From Azolla caroliniana (taxonomy: Eukaryota > Plantae > Polypodiophyta), in assembly GCA_043228905.1 (NCBI GenBank), contig JBHGNT010000003.1, positions 9,486,001 through 9,550,000 on the forward strand: a stretch of 64,000 nt of DNA. Reading direction: 5' to 3'. Within the stretch, counting starts at the first letter, position 1. The number at the start of each line of letters is the position of its first letter. This document shows, in pieces, positions 43,272-64,000 of the stretch. The position numbers and the translations under genes were made by a program. A model generated the notes under the pieces. The model was not told the DNA's origin. It ran no database searches and saw only the letters and a program-made list of their open reading frames with translations.

Positions 43272-45273
43272 TTATATACAACAACCCTTCTTTGTAGTTC
43301 CACTCTCTTGGTTGACAGGAACCTTTGTGCCACCTAACAAAGATGTAGAAGTAGTTGTTTCTTGATTTGCTATGAGCGTTTTCATACTCACAATTGCATA
43401 TATCTCTTCCAAAACTTTTTGAAATGCATTCTCTACATTTGAGGCTTCCAAAGCTGAAGTCTCTAGAAAGAAGAGCCCCTCCTTCTTGGCATACTCTTTC
43501 GCATCTTCGGTTTCAACCACTCTCCGGGACTCTAAGTCAGTCTTGTTGCCAATAAGCATAACAATAATGTTGTTGTCAGCATGATTTCGGAGCTCCTCAA
43601 GCCATCGAGAAATATGTTCAAATGTTTGTTGTTTTGTGATATCGTAAATTATCATAGCTCCCAATGCTCCTCTATAGTAGGCACTAGTCACGGCTCTATA
43701 TCTATCACATGAAGAAGTATGCCATCAATATCCTGTACCACAAAACCCTAGAATATTGCTTGAAACCAAGAAGAGTGTATATTGTTAGGATAGATGCATC
43801 ATATCGTACTAATGTAAACATAATTAGGAACCCCCACCAAACCAAACAACACGGAACTTAAAATGCCAATGGGCTACTAAACTATAGTATGATTGATTTG
43901 GTTTTATAAGTCAATTAAGGTATGATTGCGTGTATACTTTGTAACAATATATAGCTGATAAGAACACCTCCCCCAATATAGAATCAAACAATTGGCATTT
44001 CAAAAGTCAGAATCTGTGTTCATTTTTATACTTGTGCTTATCTGGAAAATTAAGTTGTGTCGACGGATTTAAGTTATTTCTTAATCAATCAACCCTTCCT
44101 CTTTGTAATATTGGAGCCCGATGTCAATACAACTACGGTCTACTTGTTATGCCACTCTAGATTCCTATTCCTCCTTGCATTCACACTATGTCTTAACTGA
44201 TGTGCCTTTCATACCTAGTCCCCACCCATGGAAATAAGGGCTACTTTTTCATGTTGCTGAAGTTGCCCATAACTCCCATGCATTCACACTATAACCTGAG
44301 TCGAAATAAGGAAGAACCAACAACTACTATGCATTCACTCTATAACCTAAGCATTAAACTTAATGTCCATCGAAATAAGGAATAAATCTTTGTGCATAAC
44401 TCCTATCCATTCACTCTATACCTAAGCCATTAAATCTAATGTCCATCATTATAATAAGGGCCAGTTCTTTATGAGACCAGAGTTGCCCATAACTCATATG
44501 CATTCACAATATAGCCCAAGTATTAAACATAACCTCCATTGCAATAAGGAAGACCAGTTTGTTGGGCATTCACACTAAAACCTAATGTCCATCCAACAAT
44601 TGGCTAACTATGATTGCCTAGAAGGGGGTAAAATCATGTATGTCCCAGCTATACTAACAAAGAACAGATGAAAACGCGTTATGAGCTTTGATGGTTTTCC
44701 GATCGACTAGGCAATGAGTATTGTGATTTTCATACATAATGCCCATCAGAATTAGGGCCAATTTTATACCACCATGGATTTCTAATCTAAGTGTGTCCCT
44801 TTCTTTGCATTCACACTATATTCACCAAAGTTTTGGGATTTCAGTGTCTAATGCACATGAACATAAGGGCTTGTTTTTCCACAATCATCCATTTCATCTC
44901 ACACTCATCCTACGATTGGAATTAACACCCATGGAAACAAGGCCATGCTCTTATGCAAAAAAGTGGAAAGGAAAAAGAAATGAAAAATGAATTTTTAAGA
45001 ATAAAGCTTCTTCCCAAAATGTACTCTTTACCTTTCCTGGCCGGCTGTATCCCATATCTGAGCTTTGATGGTTTTCTTGTCGATGGTGATGGTCCTCGTC
45101 TGGAATTCGACGCCGACAGTAGCTTTCGAGTCGAGATTGAATTCATTGCGGGAGAATCGGTTGAGGAGTTGGGATTTGCCGACACCCGAGTCGCCGATGA
45201 GGACCACTTTGAACACGTAGTCGATCTTCTGGTTGAAATCGGGGATGCCGCCGCCGCGGTACGAGCCCGCCAT
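43272..45273 (-). CDS. RABA4: Rab11/RabA small GTPase (RabA4-like), 2 exons
   Basis: Exons 45273-45032 and 43701-43272 (GT-AG). [52 protein letters not shown] and a C-terminal CCI prenylation motif. Confidence 0.93.
44170..44600. repeat. Degenerate minisatellite in the RabA intron
   Basis: Five to six copies of CATAACTC.TATGCATTCAC.CTATA.CCTAAG...AATGTCCATC..AATAAGG at about 60-90 bp spacing. Confidence 0.6.
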
Positions 45274-45334
45274 ATCTACTGATCCGGGGGTTCGCGATCG
45301 ATGGATGAATGGGTGGGGTGCCAGAAGAAAGATC

Positions 45335-45377
45335 CTTCTTCTTCTTCTTCTTCTTCTTCTTCTTCTTCTTCTTCTTC
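45335..45377. repeat. (TTC)n microsatellite in the RabA 5' region
   Basis: About 14 TTC units. Confidence 0.9.
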
Positions 45378-48300
45378 AACTTCTTCTTGTATGTGTGTGT
45401 GATTGATGCCTATCTTTGTCTGCCTGTCTGCCTGTCTGTCTGTCTGATTGTTTGGGAGGAACCAGTAGAGTGAGGAAATGGTTTGCTTGTTAATTCAGGA
45501 ATTTGTCTTCTGTCTCCCTGTCTCTCCTGGTCAACTTGTGTGTGTATTCCTTACAAATTTGTGTAGAAATGGAAAATTACAAAAATAGCCCTACAAAATA
45601 TATGTATTTACATACATACATATATACATGCATACATATACATATATATCTACATATATAAACAAGACAAAGAGGAATTCTACATATTCAAATGTTACAA
45701 ATAAACAATAGATACGAATACTTCGTTTGATATACATATACTTAATCATCCTGATTATTCTATATTATTATCGATCATGTTCCTTAACAAGCGAAAACGA
45801 ACATATTAAGCTTCTGATGAATTTGGGCATGCGCACATTATAGTTGGAAACATAACGCATTGTATCAAATTTGAACACAACCAGTAGTTTGTTTGGTCCA
45901 GTTTTTAGTTTCTCTTTGTACTCATGATGTTTGTCTGGCAAGCCTTATTGGGAGCATCGAAGCATGAGGGGATATTTTTGAGGCACTTGATCCTTAGTTG
46001 GAGGTGGTTCGAGTGTAATTATGCTAATGATATTCAATTGAGACTTTCAAAAATTTCCTCGAAAAGATAGCTAGCTACTTATGGAATATTGACCCCATGG
46101 TTGTTGTGTTTATTAAGTTTTTGTTGTTCACATATCACATTCAAAGTGTTTGTTATAAAATACTTATCTAAGATATATCAATATAGTTTAGCTTGGTTTT
46201 AAATTTTCCTCTTTCATGACCCTTTGCTGTCATCCGATCATTTTTGCATTATCCCCTCTTTATGCACATGGGTATATCTAAAAGTTCCAAATACAACGCA
46301 TCCCACTATACATGAATGGGTGTCATATTTATGGAATCGAGGTCAATGAAAATGTTTATAGAGCCTTCTTTTGTTATGTTCCTCTATCAACCACGAAGAA
46401 TAATATCATCATGTGCTTTTACTTTCCATGTAAGGTAAATGATGATTTTGAAAGTGCGTAATGTGGTAATGAAGGGAAAACATTGTCGAATGGATTTTGA
46501 TTATCAATACATTAAGATATGAAAGAAATTAGCAATTCTCGTGACATTGGAAGGAAGAATATTGCATGTTTATTGGGGTAAACAAATGTGTGGAACATAT
46601 TTGGTTTGAATGATGAAAATTATGATCATTTTCCTTGCATGGTGTTTGATGTTAGAAACATTGGGGGTGAAGCATCAAATTGTTTCGAACGAAGATATAA
46701 TGATTATATTACTTGAATGCGCACCGAGTAAGAACCAAGTACTCGTCCATTGTAGATTTCTTTCTATATGAACTAAAGAGTGTGCACTTGAGTAGCGTAG
46801 TTGATTTTTTGTTGCATGGTCAAGCACGGTCTCATACTATCATTGGTTTGAATGATAAAAAAATAATCATTTAAACGATTATCACGTGAATACCTACTTA
46901 TGGTACATAAACTAAGCGCACATGATATCGAAAAACAAATCGAGAGAAACATCTAACCCGAGGTAGAATTCGTATAATCTTAAGGCCCAGGTGACCAATT
47001 ACATGGTGGGGCAAGGGTCCTTGTACTAGTGGGCGAGTCACAAAGTGATATGCAACCTCCATTGTAAACTATTTGAACAAGCAACCCTAAGGTTGCAAAA
47101 CATAAAACATTAGCTCTCCATCAAGATTTTTAGTAATGTGAGGTCGCGAACCTATGAGCAATAGTTTGCTAGAATAAATTAGAGGCCTTTAAAGTCTCTT
47201 ATATTATGTGTAAAGGAGATACTCATACATTGTGCTTTAGCAGTTATTAGTTGGTTTATATCAATTTCAAAATGTGAAGTAGGGCCCTGAACGAATTCAA
47301 CCATATGATGGAGGTCTCATATACCCTTTATGTGTTGAGCATGCCTACATAAAATATTGAGGAATTCTTCTTCTTTCTTCTTTTTTATTCATTCTAATAC
47401 AGGGGTATCCATATGGCATGGATAATTGGTTTTGTCCTCCTTATTTGCACAACCTAAGCCACACAAGGACGTTCTTGGTTAAATGACATTCATGTCTTCG
47501 AGTTATCAATTGATTCTAGTGGGTGTTTAGACCACAACAAGGTTGACATCGTTGATAATTGGGTATCAAGCATCAATATCATAATCAGTTATGAGCATAT
47601 CACATGAACCCCTCTTGTATTTTACATGGTTATTCCATGAGAATGTCATATAATAAAGTTTTTTCATGCGAAATATTCAAGGGGTTCTAAATTGTTCTCA
47701 TTTTACAAATGCTCAAAGAGATTGTGATGCAAGAAGGCTCATCTTGTTTGATATATTTGTGGTGTTCACGAAGTATCTCATTGAGATCAGTTGTTGCATC
47801 ACAGAAGTTTGAAGCTTTTATGGAGCTCTTTGGGTAGGAAACTATTTCTACAATGCTAATAGACAATGCCACACAATCAAGATCTTGTTGCTAATATAGA
47901 TATTGACCGTTCTTGAGTTGCAACTATTCCCAGGAGAATATGATGTTCGGGGGTTCAGGCTGTTCTCAGGTTAGCAATCTAATAAGCCAGGGTGTTTGTT
48001 AAGGAGCCGAAGTCTCCGCTACATTTGTTGGGCGTGCTAGAGTACTAAACCGTGAGCAATGCAAGCATTACAAAAAGGACTTTTAAGGCGCGGAGCTGGC
48101 ACCAGACTTGAGGAGTCTATACATGTACATATACATGTACATACATCAACAACAATGACGACAGGGATGTGGGTTTTGGTGTTTTTGGAGGTTATAACCA
48201 CCCGCGACGGAGACCGTCTGGTGGTGACATTTCAATTGTGTGATGAGAAAGAGCTCTCTTCTTCTTCTTCTTCTTCTTCTATATTACATATATATATCTC

Positions 48301-48577
48301 TATCACTTAATGAATGAAAAGCATGTTTTGTTTTGTTAATCATCTATCTATTTCTACACACACACACACACACACAAACTAAACCAAAAGCAGAACACAA
48401 TTAAAAGAGCAACTGAGATCTATCTCTTCTTATTCAAAGTTGAATCAATGTGATTGATGTGCAGAGAGAGCTCCCTCTACACACACAAGAAGAAGAAAAG
48501 CAGCAGCAGAAGAGAGACAGATAAGCAAAGGAGGGACGTCGAGATCTCGTCTCTGAGCTCAAAGAGGGCGATTACCA

Positions 48578-61749
<13,172 letters not shown>

Positions 61750-64000
61750 GAGCAATGCAATTGACAATTGAATGTTATGGAATAGGGAGGTAAGGATCGA
61801 TGGCTGCTATACCCTATTATCCAATGTGATGCATTTATTCAGTTATCTATTGAAACATTCTGAGCGTATGTAAATCATCAAATTTTGCCTTGAATTCCAT
61901 AATCTTGTAAATGTATTAGCATGACCAAATCCTGTGGTTGCTTAAGAGAAGCAATGTAATTTATAATTATCCCCCATTTTGATTGTTTCTCATCCCCAGT
62001 GACATACATGCTACAGGTGGCCAGTTGATCACCTTGTCATTTTTTTAGGAAACCTATTGGCTTCCATGCATAACTTGTTGATTTGCGTGAAGGCTATGAG
62101 AAAAGACTGATGGGTCTCAGTTTAGTTTTTGACTACTGTGATAATTGTTTGTGAATGACATTCCTCATAACAGGGCTTGTTTTATTTTGTCATGTGGATG
62201 TGACAGCTTTGGCGTGTACTGCAAGTCATGAAAGAAATGTTCTGATACAGATACTGAAATGTATGTATATTGAAGGTGGTATGATCATTCTTCAGTAAAT
62301 ATATGCGTTTTTGTCTTCCACATGCATAATTTAAGTTTATTCCTTAACAGCTATTGCTCAAATAAGCTTCTTTACTGCTGTCAATTAGCACCAATAGAAA
62401 ATGACATGTCACAAAATCTGCTACTTTTGATTGATTATATCAAAGTCTAGGGTTTAAGAAGACTTACAGATGGCCCCAATCATGATGGGAGTGTTGCTTG
62501 AGATGGATCAGGAACTGTGTGAATGACGACTCATTGGGATGCTGGCATATCATGTCATAGAAACAGTTGTACTCATCCTGTACCCAGAGTTTTGGATCAA
62601 ACATGTTGCCCAATGTTGCACAGAGCATAAAATGTGGGGAAACAGCCCAGTGGTGCTTGCCTCACTTTCAGAGTTGCTAGACAGGCTTGCTAAACAGGTT
62701 GTGGAGGAAGTCGTCGTACAAAATGGAGGAAGTCAGTAAGAGAGGACGTGGATGGAGTGGCAAGGTGACCTTGTTGTAATAGAAACAAAGGAGTGTGGTT
62801 CATGAAAGTCATCTCATGGTGATCATTGTAAATCACCTGCTGCTGCTATGAACTGAGTTACGTTGTGATGGCAAACAAGGTGGATATGGTGGTTTCAACA
62901 GTTATTCTGCTCAATTTCCACTGATCTTCTGTTTTTGGTAACTGCACAATACTTATACACCACAACAATACTATGACCAGTACCACCACTATAGTCCATT
63001 GCGCAACATCAGCTTGGGCGACTCTGCCCTTTTCCTTGACTGTCACATGCTATTGATTTCTTAGCCAATTGGTTGGGCAGTTTCTTCTCAATGGCCCAAG
63101 TCACAGCCTAACCATAAAGGACTCTTAACTATTGTCTCTTTGTCTTAATTGCAAGATGCAACAATGCAAACATGACAGTAACCAGTTATTTACTCTGAAC
63201 TCTGAACATTATTCTCAAGTTTTCTCTCTTACACAGTGCTCATACTGTGATCAGTACAAAAGAATGTAGTACAAGAATGAAGAGAGTTAAACGACAAAAA
63301 CATTTTCTTTGGTGCGTTGTGATCTCACAATGTAATGTTAAAAGAGAAATGCATTGGTCAACTTGCCAATAATTGCTTTTAATTGACATGTAGGTTTTCT
63401 ATTTAACACAACCTTTATTTCCTATCCTGGCCTATGACATATGACCAAGTTATATACATTATTACCTAGGTTAGTATATAATTATATACTAACTGAGGCC
63501 AACAATCTTTTCAAGCCTTTGTGTGAGTCAGGTGGTTGTGCTAATAGTTTTAAAGCCCTTTACAGTCTTATTAATTGCTCACTGCAATTGATTCTTACCC
63601 ATAACAAACACACATACACATACCAACAAGCTCATTACCCACTGCAATTGGTTCTTATTTGTAACAAACAAGTGTAGACATTCCAACTAGCTCAGACATA
63701 CCTGACAATCAATTCTTATTCCTAGAGAATGCAAGATTGAATAAGGAACACATTTTTCCATATTGAATGTTTTTAGCAGTATTGGTATAAATACAATTCA
63801 TCAATTGTCTGGCCTTCCCTAAATTTAATTTTAAACCAGAGATGTAGTTGACACAATCTGCTGCACTAAGAAATGTGTTGAAATCCACGAAATATTGAAA
63901 TAGCCAGAAATCTTTGTTTGAATGTCCCAATATTTCAATTACCTCTACAATAAATAAGAGAGGCTGAAATAATCTCACAAAATCTTCTAGTTATTTTCAA

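Noticed and set aside
45800-48000. Possible gene or transposon remnant between RabA and the O-fucosyltransferase gene
   Set aside because: No recognisable motif, splice-consistent frame or terminal repeats found by eye.
62460-63140. Coding-like composition downstream of the O-fucosyltransferase gene
   Set aside because: The frames I read are short or contain stops, and I recognise no protein family. A BLASTX search would be needed.

Overview
Eukaryotic land-plant nuclear DNA, probably a non-seed plant such as a fern or lycophyte. That assignment is an inference from the Tcn1-like chromoviruses, RTE/RTEX-like LINEs and spliced plant genes. The left part (1 to about 37.5 kb) is repeat-dense. 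Its core is a degenerate tandem array of roughly 40-45 tRNA-Pro-derived units on the minus strand (about 136-bp monomer, about 0.96-kb higher-order block; segments 7126-7566, 13343-18646, 29396-30327). The array has been split by Ty1/copia elements, and two Ty3/gypsy chromoviruses are nested inside copia elements. One chromovirus (19811-25570) is intact and very young. Both chromovirus LTRs share an unusual layout: an outward-facing tRNA-like A-box/B-box, a long heat-shock-element array, a TATA box and a Tf1-type self-primer. The right part (38-62 kb) holds three spliced genes: PAM16, a RabA4-type GTPase and an O-fucosyltransferase-family protein. The O-fucosyltransferase intron 2 is filled with a stack of LINEs associated with (CT)n tracts, plus a solo LTR. 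All coordinates, counts and alignments were made by eye.
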